This document shows positions 55,763-64,000 of a DNA stretch of 64,000 nucleotides, piece by piece. The position numbers and the translations under genes were made by a program. Numbering within the stretch: position 1 is the first letter of the stretch; each line of letters opens with the position of its first letter. The notes below the pieces were generated by a model. It saw nothing but the letters and a program-made list of their open reading frames with translations. It was not told the DNA's origin and made no database searches. The stretch is from an uncultured Candidatus Sumerlaeota bacterium (GTDB lineage: Bacteria; CAYMEV01), in NCBI GenBank assembly GCA_964389675.1, contig CAYMEV010000001.1:156539-220538 (forward strand), read 5' to 3'.

Positions 55763-57271
55763 TCAGAATGGAAAATCATCCAGTTTCTTCTTCTGTGAAC
55801 CTCTCGGGCGTATATATGCCTTTTCATGAATATCAAGAGGCTTTACTGCTATTGCCTTCGTGCCCTCAACGGGGCATGAATACTGGCATATTCCGCATCC
55901 AATACAGTGTTTTGTGCTTACCACCGGTGCAAGGACCTTCCCAAGGTCTATCATCTTTATCGCTGCGGTAGGACAGTGTTCTGCGCATGCACCACAGTCC
56001 AGGCCCAGGCTGTAGGGTATGCAGAGGCCGGTGTCCAGTCTGGCCTTCCCTATTGCTGTTACCTGCTTTTCAGGAAGGCTCAGGTATTTCAGTGCATTCA
56101 TGGGGCATACACTCATGCAGACATTGCATTCAAAGCTGCAGTAGGATTTATTAAAATCAAGGGCGGGAAGCAGCCTGTTTGAACTGCTGTGAGAATAGCT
56201 GACTGGCTTTAATACCCCCGTAGGGCATACAGAAATACATAAACCGCAGTTTGTGCACCTGGATAAGAAGCTTTCATAGGTGTCACCGCCGGGCGGGAAG
56301 ACCTCGGCAATATCGGTGTTTTTGCTTTCAGCTCCTGCCAGGCTTTTGAGCAAAAACCCTCCGGACAACCCAAGTCCTGCAAACAGGGCTGATCTAAGCA
56401 ATCCTCTCTTTTCCTTTGAATAACTTGCTTTTTCATCCTGACGGCCCTTGCCAGCCTTAAATGAAAGTCTCAGTGAATTAACAGGGCACTGCCTGAGGCA
56501 TTCAAAGCACATAATGCACTGTGTTTTATCAACATAGCCATCTTCGATACACATAACAGGGCACTTTCTGTCGCATTTACCGCAGGTTCTGCATGAATCT
56601 TCCTGCCTTATGCTCAGCAGGGAATGTCTGGCAAGAAAGGAGAACAGAAGGCCTGACGGACAAATACTGTTGCAGAATAGCCTCGGGAAAAAGAGCGACG
56701 AAATAAATACAGAGAGAATAAAGAAAATGGAATAGAAAAAAGACCTGTGGAGATCAAATGGAATCTCACGAAAATATATGGACGAATACTCATAGACCGC
56801 GCCTGATAATGGACTTACGGCCATGCTTATAAGGGGATTTACCGCATGAGCAAGGAATGATACCATATTTGTAAAGTGGTCGACAAGGAAATAAAGAGGA
56901 AGCCTGACAAAAACAAGCACGAGGAAAAGAAAGAGCAAAAAGGTCTTAAATGATGCCATTCCCGGGACTTTTCTCTTTTTTATGCCGAGTTTGTCAGAAA
57001 CTGCTATTGAAATATCCTGAATCAGGCCTACAGGGCATAAAAATGAGCAGTACAGCCTTCCAAATATAAGGTTGACCAGAATAAGAAGGAGAAATACAAG
57101 CATATAGGTGCTTATGCTTAGATCCGCCAGTTTTGACAGAGAAGGCACAACATGCAGATAATTAAATACGCTTATCAGCCCTATGCTCTCAATAAGGTTA
57201 AGTGTCACTAAAATTGCGAAGGCCAGGAATATAGCCTGGGACAGTCTTCTTATTAATCTTATGTATCTCAA
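55763..57271 (-). CDS. Membrane-bound polyferredoxin (NapH/MauN/CcoG-like 4Fe-4S protein)
   Basis: 502 aa. TM helices carrying LYCSFLCPVG; multiple CxxCxxCxxxCP ferredoxin motifs (CTNCGLCISVCPTG, CNVCMSVCPMN, CGACAEHCPT, CIGCGICQYSCPVEG). Confidence 0.7.
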   Translation of the reverse strand: MRYIRLIRRLSQAIFLAFAILVTLNLIESIGLISVFNYLHVVPSLSKLADLSISTYMLVFLLLILVNLIFGRLYCSFLCPVGLIQDISIAVSDKLGIKKRKVPGMASFKTFLLFLFLVLVFVRLPLYFLVDHFTNMVSFLAHAVNPLISMAVSPLSGAVYEYSSIYFREIPFDLHRSFFYSIFFILSVFISSLFFPRLFCNSICPSGLLFSFLARHSLLSIRQEDSCRTCGKCDRKCPVMCIEDGYVDKTQCIMCFECLRQCPVNSLRLSFKAGKGRQDEKASYSKEKRGLLRSALFAGLGLSGGFLLKSLAGAESKNTDIAEVFPPGGDTYESFLSRCTNCGLCISVCPTGVLKPVSYSHSSSNRLLPALDFNKSYCSFECNVCMSVCPMNALKYLSLPEKQVTAIGKARLDTGLCIPYSLGLDCGACAEHCPTAAIKMIDLGKVLAPVVSTKHCIGCGICQYSCPVEGTKAIAVKPLDIHEKAYIRPRGSQKKKLDDFPF

Positions 57272-57275
57272 GCCC

Positions 57276-58187
57276 TTATATTGATATCCTCCTGATATTT
57301 ATATTGTCAAGTACGGTGGTCCCTATCATATGGCTTTCTGCCATTTTTATATGGTCGATATCCGACGGCTCCATGCCCATTATGGCAGCACATGCTGTAT
57401 CTACGGCAACCATGTCCGTACCTGCTATCAGCATTCTGTCATTCCTTAGATCATCTTCTGACAATCCCCTGGGGCCATTGTGGATCATGACATTATATGC
57501 ATCGATGATATTCAAATCCGGCTTCCTTACCAGGGGAATCTCTGAAATACATTGATGCAGGCCATTCCTGTGAAAGAACCTTCTGTCATAGACAACTCCC
57601 ATCATATTCTTTAATGCAGCTGTCATTCTCGTAGAACCGTGGCTTTTCAGCTTTGCAAGATTAATAAAAACGTCAGCCTCAAGGTATAATTTATTAAAAA
57701 GTGCTTCCTTCAGTATCTTTGCAGCAGGTATTTTTACATTGCTGTAATCCTTCTTGTCATAAGCAGGAAGCATTATCCCAGAGCTGTCTTTCACAGCCCG
57801 TTCCACACCGCTGTTCCTGTAGCTTCCTGACCATTCATTGCACGTATTGTCAAAGGCATATACAGTCTTTGCACCAGCCTTATATGCCATCTCAACAACC
57901 TTTGCCACCAGCTCCGGGCTTACATTTGCCCCCTGTGAAGGAGTCCTGTTCCATGATGTATTAGGTTTTACAGCTACTATCTGCCCCTTACTGATAAACC
58001 TTGAGAACCCCCCCATTGCATCTATTGCTATCTCGAACATCTGCGCAGGTGTTCCGTTTCTCACCGCGACCATGTCGGGAAAGGAGCTTTTTGACTCTTC
58101 ACCCAGCAGGGGCAGGCTGGGAAAAAGCGTCAGTATGCCCGCAGCAGCTCCCATTTTTATAAAATCACGCCTGTTGTATGAAACCAT
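57276..58187 (-). CDS. Tat-exported DUF362-domain protein
   Basis: Twin-arginine signal MVSYNRRDFIKMGAAAGILTLFP. DUF362 core VAVKPNTSWNRTPSQGANVSPELVAKVVEMAYKAGAKTVYAFDNT. 4 bp from the polyferredoxin gene. Confidence 0.6.
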   Translation of the reverse strand: MVSYNRRDFIKMGAAAGILTLFPSLPLLGEESKSSFPDMVAVRNGTPAQMFEIAIDAMGGFSRFISKGQIVAVKPNTSWNRTPSQGANVSPELVAKVVEMAYKAGAKTVYAFDNTCNEWSGSYRNSGVERAVKDSSGIMLPAYDKKDYSNVKIPAAKILKEALFNKLYLEADVFINLAKLKSHGSTRMTAALKNMMGVVYDRRFFHRNGLHQCISEIPLVRKPDLNIIDAYNVMIHNGPRGLSEDDLRNDRMLIAGTDMVAVDTACAAIMGMEPSDIDHIKMAESHMIGTTVLDNINIRRISI

Positions 58188-58265
58188 TTCATGACCTCCT
58201 TTTATTTTATTAAAAAGCCATATAGATCTATATACAGTGAGAATAGAAAAAATGTTACACAGATA

Positions 58266-59861
58266 TCAGATAAACATGACCCTCTCATTCACCTCCACTG
58301 CGATTGCTTCCTGATTCAGCTTCCTTTTGAGATTGTCGATATAATCAAGCACATCATATAAGTGGAGGTCCATCAGGTCATCCTTCATAAAGCTTTTAAT
58401 AATATAAACCCTTTCAACAATAATGTTCTGACCGCTTTTATAGGTTCCATCAGCCTCTAATACTGTGACTCCTCCGAATAGGCATGTCATGTACTTTTTC
58501 AGCTGATCCCGTATTTCAGAAGTATCAAATGACTCATCCCTGTTTATTGTAGTAGGGATGTAAATGCAGATACAGCAGTCCTTATCCATAAAAGACATGA
58601 ATCTCAAAAGGTCCTTTTCCCTTATTTCTTCATTCTGACTGATAATAATATCATACCGGTCATCATCCTCTTCTTTACCGGTATTATCTTCTGGCTCCAG
58701 AATCTTAAAGACCATTCCTGTTTTTGCCTTGTGGGTATTTCTGCGAAGGATCTTTTCAACATCTGTCAGCGAAGGCTTTTTGCCATCCAGGATCACGCAC
58801 AGTTTATCTGCTTTTGAAAAATCCATATTCTCGAGCCTGTCCTTATCAACGGTATGTTGAATGCAAATAAGGCTGTATCTGGAGATGACATCCTGGTAAA
58901 GATATTCATCCCTGAAAAAATCTTCCCCTTTTTTGTATTTAATATCAAAGAACTCACTGAACCTCTCACCTTCTTTTCCCTCTGCATTAGTTCCGCAGGT
59001 TTTTTCCCTTTCCGGGTCATTTATGATAAAGCAGATCTTTTTTTCTGTCATCTCTGAGTATTTTGAAAGGATCTTGAATTCTGCATCCTTTCCATCAGAA
59101 TTAAATCTCAAAAAGACAATGATCTTTGCCTTTTTCTCACCTGAGATAACCAGCTTTCTGCTCTCATCAATTGCAGAACTGAGCATACAATCCGCAAAGG
59201 CGGGATGCCGGCTGATAAGCTCCCTTATATAATCCACGGGTATCTCGAATATCTCAAGCCTGCTGTATGCAATTACACTGTAAGGCATGGTACTGTCATA
59301 ACAGGAGAGTGCATATCCTCCAATAAGATCGCCTTTGTGGAAATACTGCACTATCCTGTTTTTTTCCAGCTCAGGCTTGATTATGCAGGCAGCTGAAATT
59401 CCGTTCTTGATCAGGCATAGGTTCTCAGGGGTATCCTCCTGCCATAATAATATCTCATTCAGCCTGTATATCCGTTTTTTGGAAATATCTATTGTCTTTG
59501 AGATATTTTCCGTGCTGAGGCCCCTGAAAAGCCTGTTTTTTTTGAAAAAGTCATAATCACTGATCTCATAGGATTCCCACAGGCTTGGAGGAAGGAATGC
59601 CTTATGCGTTCTCAGATTATCAGCAAGATTTGCACAGTAGCTTATGCGTCTGTCCTGAAGGATCTGCTTTATCATTCCTTTTTTCAGCATTTCCCTGATA
59701 TATTTTCCAGGCTCATCCTCTTTGATGCCAAGTGCATTTATGATACCAGGGATTGAGGATCCCGGGTTCTTTACAAGAAAGGTCATTATCTTTCTATAGC
59801 ATGCAGGCATCAGCAGAATATCCGAAAGTGTGACGCCGCTTTTGAAATCTTTCTCACTCAT
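58266..59861 (-). CDS. Multidomain regulator: N-terminal winged HTH, cNMP-binding (CAP effector) domain, about 300-aa uncharacterised C-terminal region
   Basis: 531 aa. wHTH (YRKIMTFLVKNPGSSIPGIINALGI). cNMP-binding fold FRGLSTENISKTIDISKKRIYRLNEILLWQEDTPENLCLIKNGISAACII.. with glycine-rich loop residues. The C-terminal half has no recognisable motif. Confidence 0.55.
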   Translation of the reverse strand: MSEKDFKSGVTLSDILLMPACYRKIMTFLVKNPGSSIPGIINALGIKEDEPGKYIREMLKKGMIKQILQDRRISYCANLADNLRTHKAFLPPSLWESYEISDYDFFKKNRLFRGLSTENISKTIDISKKRIYRLNEILLWQEDTPENLCLIKNGISAACIIKPELEKNRIVQYFHKGDLIGGYALSCYDSTMPYSVIAYSRLEIFEIPVDYIRELISRHPAFADCMLSSAIDESRKLVISGEKKAKIIVFLRFNSDGKDAEFKILSKYSEMTEKKICFIINDPEREKTCGTNAEGKEGERFSEFFDIKYKKGEDFFRDEYLYQDVISRYSLICIQHTVDKDRLENMDFSKADKLCVILDGKKPSLTDVEKILRRNTHKAKTGMVFKILEPEDNTGKEEDDDRYDIIISQNEEIREKDLLRFMSFMDKDCCICIYIPTTINRDESFDTSEIRDQLKKYMTCLFGGVTVLEADGTYKSGQNIIVERVYIIKSFMKDDLMDLHLYDVLDYIDNLKRKLNQEAIAVEVNERVMFI

Positions 59862-61023
59862 TTTTTTCCCCCCTGCTGAGTTTCAGGTCTTTTGCAATGG
59901 ATTTCAGCTTTTTGAAGTAATCTGACTGGATGATCCTATCCACCTGTTCGCTTTGTTCTTTCTTATCAATCTTCAGCTTCAGAATATCGACCTGTGTTTT
60001 AAGCCTTTCCTCCCTGTTGTCCACCTCTTTTACCATATTATTGAATACACTGATAAGCCTGCCTATTTCATCCGCACTGCCTGTGCCTATCGATGGCTCA
60101 ATATATTCATATTTGCCCTTTTCAACTGCTACGGCAGCCTTTGTAAGAGCCTTCAGCGGACTGACCAGCCTTTTTGAGAGGTATATTGATGCTGTAAGGC
60201 CAAGCATCAGAATTATAAAAATGATTGTTCCTGCATCGTACAGCATGACGACCTCATCCCTTTCTTTCTTCTCCTGGTCTTCTGATCCATATTTATCAAA
60301 TAAGGGGCCGGATGATGTCTCTTGAGTATATTGTGCATTGTGAGAACCTCTGTAGTAACCGCTTAATACGAGAAATCCGCAAACCTGGCTGATTATAAGT
60401 ATAAGTGATATCACAAGTATGAACCTTGTCTCAATATTTAGGACTATCCTTTTCATTAAAAGAAGTATGACAGGAAGCACAATAATACCTGCAATTATAT
60501 TGGTCATTGCTGCCGGAAGGAACCAGAAACTGTATGCATCACTCAGCGAAAGCCTGTTTATCAGGTACACATCTGCAATAAAAGAAGAAAAGCCTATTCC
60601 GATAATATTGCCTGTTATAATCAGCATTATCAGGATCCCCATATCATATGCCGATTTTATCCGGCTGATCCTGAAATACCTGTAGAAGCCCATTACAAGG
60701 CCTATAATCCCATTCCCTGCATGCCACTGCACAAAGGTCAAAGCTCCATACCCGATAAGATAATCACCGGCCATATTTCCCAGAAAGCCCGCTAAAAACC
60801 CGGCTAAAGGCCCAAAGATCAGGCCTGTCAGCATAACTATCACGATCTGCAGCCTGAAACTTGCAAATGTTATTCCGGGAAGGATGGTATCCTGGAGAAG
60901 GTAATTGAAAAGGCCATACAAGAAAGCACCGGCAATGGCACCTGCAACAGCTCTGATCATCCTCCGGCCTTTTCTCTCAGGCATCCGGAAAACACCTGAA
61001 AGCATTTTTCTGATCTTCTTCAT
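59854..61023 (-). CDS. Membrane protein: ECF-transporter S-component-like 6-TM domain fused to TM-loop-TM-HAMP-coiled coil
   Basis: 389 aa. Gly-rich TM core LTGLIFGPLAGFLAGFLGNMAGDYLIGYGAL.. reminiscent of ECF S components. HAMP LVSPLKALTKAAVAVEKGKYEYIEPSIGTGSADEIGRLISVFNNMV (P..G..DEIG.L...FN.M). No output domain. 8-bp overlap with the downstream gene. Confidence 0.5.
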   Translation of the reverse strand: MKKIRKMLSGVFRMPERKGRRMIRAVAGAIAGAFLYGLFNYLLQDTILPGITFASFRLQIVIVMLTGLIFGPLAGFLAGFLGNMAGDYLIGYGALTFVQWHAGNGIIGLVMGFYRYFRISRIKSAYDMGILIMLIITGNIIGIGFSSFIADVYLINRLSLSDAYSFWFLPAAMTNIIAGIIVLPVILLLMKRIVLNIETRFILVISLILIISQVCGFLVLSGYYRGSHNAQYTQETSSGPLFDKYGSEDQEKKERDEVVMLYDAGTIIFIILMLGLTASIYLSKRLVSPLKALTKAAVAVEKGKYEYIEPSIGTGSADEIGRLISVFNNMVKEVDNREERLKTQVDILKLKIDKKEQSEQVDRIIQSDYFKKLKSIAKDLKLSRGEKNE

Positions 61024-61032
61024 GGGATTATG

Positions 61033-61785
61033 CTATTCAATCTCTTCTGCTATCTTTTTGAATATGCCTGTAAGCTCATGGTCAGGATAATCCAGTGAGA
61101 ATACCCCGCTGCTTCCGTATATCATAAGTTCATCTGAATGGGGTACGATAAGCACTTCTTTGCATTCATAATCATCGCTGATCCTGGCTTTCAGCATCTC
61201 CCCGCTCAGAGACCCCGGAACCTTATTGGCTATAATAAGAATATCCCTGATCTCAAGCTGCCTTGCAACCTCAAGAAGCACGCCGGTCCCTGCATAATCC
61301 TGCTGGTCAGGCCTCAGTACCACAACAAGTTTATCCGAAAGAGCAATACTGAGAAGGGTTTCCTCATTCAGCCCGGGATGAGTATCAATGATCAGGTGGT
61401 CGAGCCTGAGTTCTTTTATTATATCATTCAGGCCATTGTTCAAGAGATTAATATCATATCCCCTGCTTAATATATATGCAATATCCCCTGCATCAATACT
61501 GGATGGTACGAGGTAGATCCCTCCTTCTGAACTGCTTTTAAGCTTTGGTTTCAGATCGACCGCTGTTTCCGCTATTCTGCATTTACCCAGGAGGTAATCG
61601 TTCAACGATCTCCTGCAGGCTTCCCTGTCCAGTGAAAAAAGTATATGTATGCCCGGTGACTGTATATCAGTGTCTATGATACCGACTCTCTTTCCAGAAA
61701 GATAGATGTTTACAGCAATATTTGCCGTAATATTAGATTTCCCGGTACCTCCCCTGAATGAATGGACAGCGGTAATCCTGCTCAT
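61033..61785 (-). CDS. MinD/ParA-superfamily P-loop ATPase with Arg in place of the Walker A signature Lys
   Basis: 250 aa. Walker A FRGGTGKSN (cf. KGGVGKT), Walker A' IIDTDIQSP, Walker B LIIDTHPG. Confidence 0.65.
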   Translation of the reverse strand: MSRITAVHSFRGGTGKSNITANIAVNIYLSGKRVGIIDTDIQSPGIHILFSLDREACRRSLNDYLLGKCRIAETAVDLKPKLKSSSEGGIYLVPSSIDAGDIAYILSRGYDINLLNNGLNDIIKELRLDHLIIDTHPGLNEETLLSIALSDKLVVVLRPDQQDYAGTGVLLEVARQLEIRDILIIANKVPGSLSGEMLKARISDDYECKEVLIVPHSDELMIYGSSGVFSLDYPDHELTGIFKKIAEEIE

Positions 61786-62045
61786 ATTAAAGATCCTCCC
61801 GGACTATATCCTTAAGCAAAATTGCAGACAGCATATTATGAAATATTATAGTATTTTTCTCCATCTTTCCAGTTATATTTTTATGAGCCTGATTTTTAGA
61901 GCATGAAATTAAGATTTCAAGCATTATTTCCATGCCCGTTTTAAAAGGGAGGCTTTTTGGGAATCCGGCAATGATAATTTACTGTCAGATCGATCCTGAT
62001 TATGCTATAATATTTAAACATAAATAACTGTTCTGAAAGACTCTC

Positions 62046-64000
62046 ATGAAAATGAAGAACCTGGTCCCATATTTCATATTAAAGCAGTACGAAGCAAAAA
62101 GGCATAAAGGGTGTTTTTATGCCTATACCCTGAACCTTGATATATCAGGATTTACAAAACTTACCGAAATGCTTATGAAACACGGAAAAAGTGGTTCTGA
62201 AACTCTTACAGAAGCCTTAAATGAAATTTTTGAGCCTATAATTGAACAGATCTACATAAATGGAGGCTTTATCACTTCATTTGCCGGAGACGGTTTTAAT
62301 GCGATATTACCTGTTGAAGCCAGGAAACCCGATAAAATCACTGCTTTAAGATTAATGCATATACTTTCATTTATAAAGGCCCATTTCCAGACAAAGAAGA
62401 ATATCAGGACCCCTTATGGCAATTTTAGAATGGATTTCAAGGCCTTTGCCACATTTGGCAGGGTAGGCTGGATGATAATCAAAGCAGTATCAAGATATTC
62501 CTATCTTTTCAACGGAAAACCCATTGAAAAATGCTCTGAATTCAGGATGAACATTCGCAAGGGTGACATCATCGCTGATAAAAGCATCATCGGGTCAATA
62601 GAAGGCAAAAAGAGAAAGATTAGGAATAAAGAGCTTTACAGGCTAAAAACAGACAAATTTCATGCTGCAGGTCCATCTCCCTGCAATAATAATGAAACTG
62701 ACAGGCTTCTTTACAGGCATATGGCAAAATTCCTGCCGTCCTCTGTCTTAAATTTCAGGGGAATTGCGGAGTTCAGGGATATCGTATCAGTATTCATCCT
62801 GTTCAGCCACAGGATACCTGAAAATAATATGAAAAAGCTCATCAGAATGCTTATTGACAGCTCTGATGAATTCGGAGGCTATCTGAACAAGGCCGATATA
62901 GGGGATAAGGGAGGAACAGCCCTTGTACTGTTCGGTGCACCGGTTTCCTATGAAAACAATATTGAAAGAGCTTTATCCTTTATACTTTCCATTAAAAGCA
63001 GGGTAACTGCCCCTGCGCTTAGAACAGGCATATCCTTCGGCCCTGTATATTCCGGTATCATAGGGAGCCATATCAGATGCGAATATACTGCAATTGGAGA
63101 TATAGTCAACCTTTCAGCCAGGCTTGCGGGCAGAGCAAAAAAGTGTGAATCATGGTGCAGCCCGGAGGTTTACAGGCATATGCAAAGATCCTTCAGTTTC
63201 AATTTCCTTGATAGACTGAAATTCAGGGGCAAGTCCGGAAAAATACCGGTTTACATGCTGAAAGGGAAAAAAAAGATCGATGAGCTCCCTGTTTTCAGCG
63301 GGAAAATTGCAGGCAGGGCCAGGGAGATCAAAATGACAGTTGATATCCTCAGCAAAAGCCTGAGGTCCGGTGAAAGCCATATCGCATACATATCAGGGGA
63401 CCCAGGAATAGGAAAATCCAGGCTGGTGGCGGAGGTGAAAAAGGAAATATACAAAGGGTTTAAGGGCCGGATCAGCTGGTTTATTTTTACATGCGAGGAG
63501 ATCCTGAGGAAGCCCTTTAACTGTGCTTTGCATTTTCTGAAAAAAAGGTTCGGGGCTTTTGATGAAGTATCGGCAGCCGAGGCAGTAGAAAGCTTCAGAT
63601 TCAGGTATAATAAGCTCATCAGGGATATCACGGGTATCAATGATGAAATATCAGATGAGCTTAAAAGGACAGAATCGATCATTGCAGGCTATATCGGAAT
63701 AGGTTTTGAGCAGTCACTTTATGAAAAACTGGATGCCAGGCAAAGATATGAGAACTTCATATATGCCCTGAAAAACCTTATTAAGGCTGAAAGCCTAATT
63801 AATCCTGTAGTTATAGAAATCGAGGATACGCAATGGATGGATGCAGACTCTTTAAATTTTTTCAGCGTCCTCACGACAAACCTGTCGGGATTCCCTGTAT
63901 CAATAATTTCCCATGCAAGATACCGTGATGATGGGACCGAGTTCAGGCTGGACGCTGATGAAATACCTGAAACATCAATAAGGCTGGGTGCCCTTGGAAA
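62046..64000 (+). CDS. Large signalling protein (5' partial in window): two tandem class III cyclase (CHD) domains followed by a STAND/AAA-type NTPase; continues past the window end
   Basis: Open frame from ATG 62046 to the window edge with no stop (checked codon by codon). CHD-1 YTLNLDISGFTKL..SFAGDGFNAILP looks degenerate. CHD-2 FSHRIPENN..ADIGDKGGTALVLFGAP..CEYTAIGDIVNLSARLAGRA looks canonical. P-loop ISGDPGIGKSRLVAEV. Not in the ORF track because it lacks a stop codon. Confidence 0.7.
   Translation, partial: MKMKNLVPYFILKQYEAKRHKGCFYAYTLNLDISGFTKLTEMLMKHGKSGSETLTEALNEIFEPIIEQIYINGGFITSFAGDGFNAILPVEARKPDKITALRLMHILSFIKAHFQTKKNIRTPYGNFRMDFKAFATFGRVGWMIIKAVSRYSYLFNGKPIEKCSEFRMNIRKGDIIADKSIIGSIEGKKRKIRNKELYRLKTDKFHAAGPSPCNNNETDRLLYRHMAKFLPSSVLNFRGIAEFRDIVSVFILFSHRIPENNMKKLIRMLIDSSDEFGGYLNKADIGDKGGTALVLFGAPVSYENNIERALSFILSIKSRVTAPALRTGISFGPVYSGIIGSHIRCEYTAIGDIVNLSARLAGRAKKCESWCSPEVYRHMQRSFSFNFLDRLKFRGKSGKIPVYMLKGKKKIDELPVFSGKIAGRAREIKMTVDILSKSLRSGESHIAYISGDPGIGKSRLVAEVKKEIYKGFKGRISWFIFTCEEILRKPFNCALHFLKKRFGAFDEVSAAEAVESFRFRYNKLIRDITGINDEISDELKRTESIIAGYIGIGFEQSLYEKLDARQRYENFIYALKNLIKAESLINPVVIEIEDTQWMDADSLNFFSVLTTNLSGFPVSIISHARYRDDGTEFRLDADEIPETSIRLGALG

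Noticed and set aside
1-64000. tRNA, rRNA or other structured RNA genes in intergenic gaps
   Set aside because: All gaps over 60 bp were inspected by eye. They are AT-rich promoter-like spacers or the described hairpins. Nothing has cloverleaf-compatible GC-rich arms. No computational tRNA scan was possible.

Overview
This is a 64 kb chromosomal window from an anaerobic, moderately AT-rich bacterium. Coding density is high and most genes have recognisable homologues; I could not assign the lineage from sequence alone. All gene calls below were made by eye from the six-frame translations and remembered family motifs. No database search was run.

Genes, in order:
- murJ, a GT35 alpha-glucan phosphorylase and a PAP2 membrane phosphatase.
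- A SycD/LcrH-class TPR chaperone next to an SctV/FlhA-family type III export gate, with no other type III secretion (T3SS) genes nearby.
- A GT2 glycosyltransferase fused to a WbaP-type phosphoglycosyltransferase (PGT) whose catalytic dyad looks degenerate, followed by a B12-binding radical SAM gene.
- A four-subunit cytoplasmic NiFe hydrogenase (sulfhydrogenase-like order, beta-gamma-delta-alpha).
- Convergent on the minus strand: an NAD-linked formate dehydrogenase cluster (fdhD, mobA, focA, fdhA, nuoEF-like fdhB).
- An eRF1-like (baeRF) protein with a C-terminal zinc ribbon, an unusually long GlmS-like amidotransferase, a secreted beta-helix protein and queF.
- A complete moxR-DUF58-DUF4381-batABCDE aerotolerance operon.
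- radC, a TIGR01212 radical SAM gene, then rnc-fabF-acpP-fabG-rpmF-yceD.
- A DUF502 protein, mgtE, eno and an ftsB-like gene, then a minimal class III nucleotidyl cyclase.
- An M42 peptidase / isochorismatase / FAD oxidoreductase / RlmN/Cfr-like radical SAM operon. The radical SAM protein appears to lack the Cys118-equivalent resolving cysteine.
- An uncharacterised membrane locus (a 247-aa and a 729-aa protein around a HAD hydrolase gene).
- An array of GCATGG/CCATGC palindromes in a convergent intergenic region.
- A NapH-like polyferredoxin with a Tat-signal DUF362 protein.
- A three-gene operon: a MinD-like ATPase with Arg in the Walker A motif, an ECF-S-like membrane domain fused to HAMP, and a wHTH plus cNMP-binding protein with an unassigned C-terminal half. 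Divergent from it is a tandem-cyclase/STAND ATPase gene that runs off the window.

The most unusual candidates are the orphan SctV/chaperone pair, the cAMP-linked MinD/HAMP/CAP operon, the pseudo-PGT fusion and the Cys-deficient RlmN-like enzyme.
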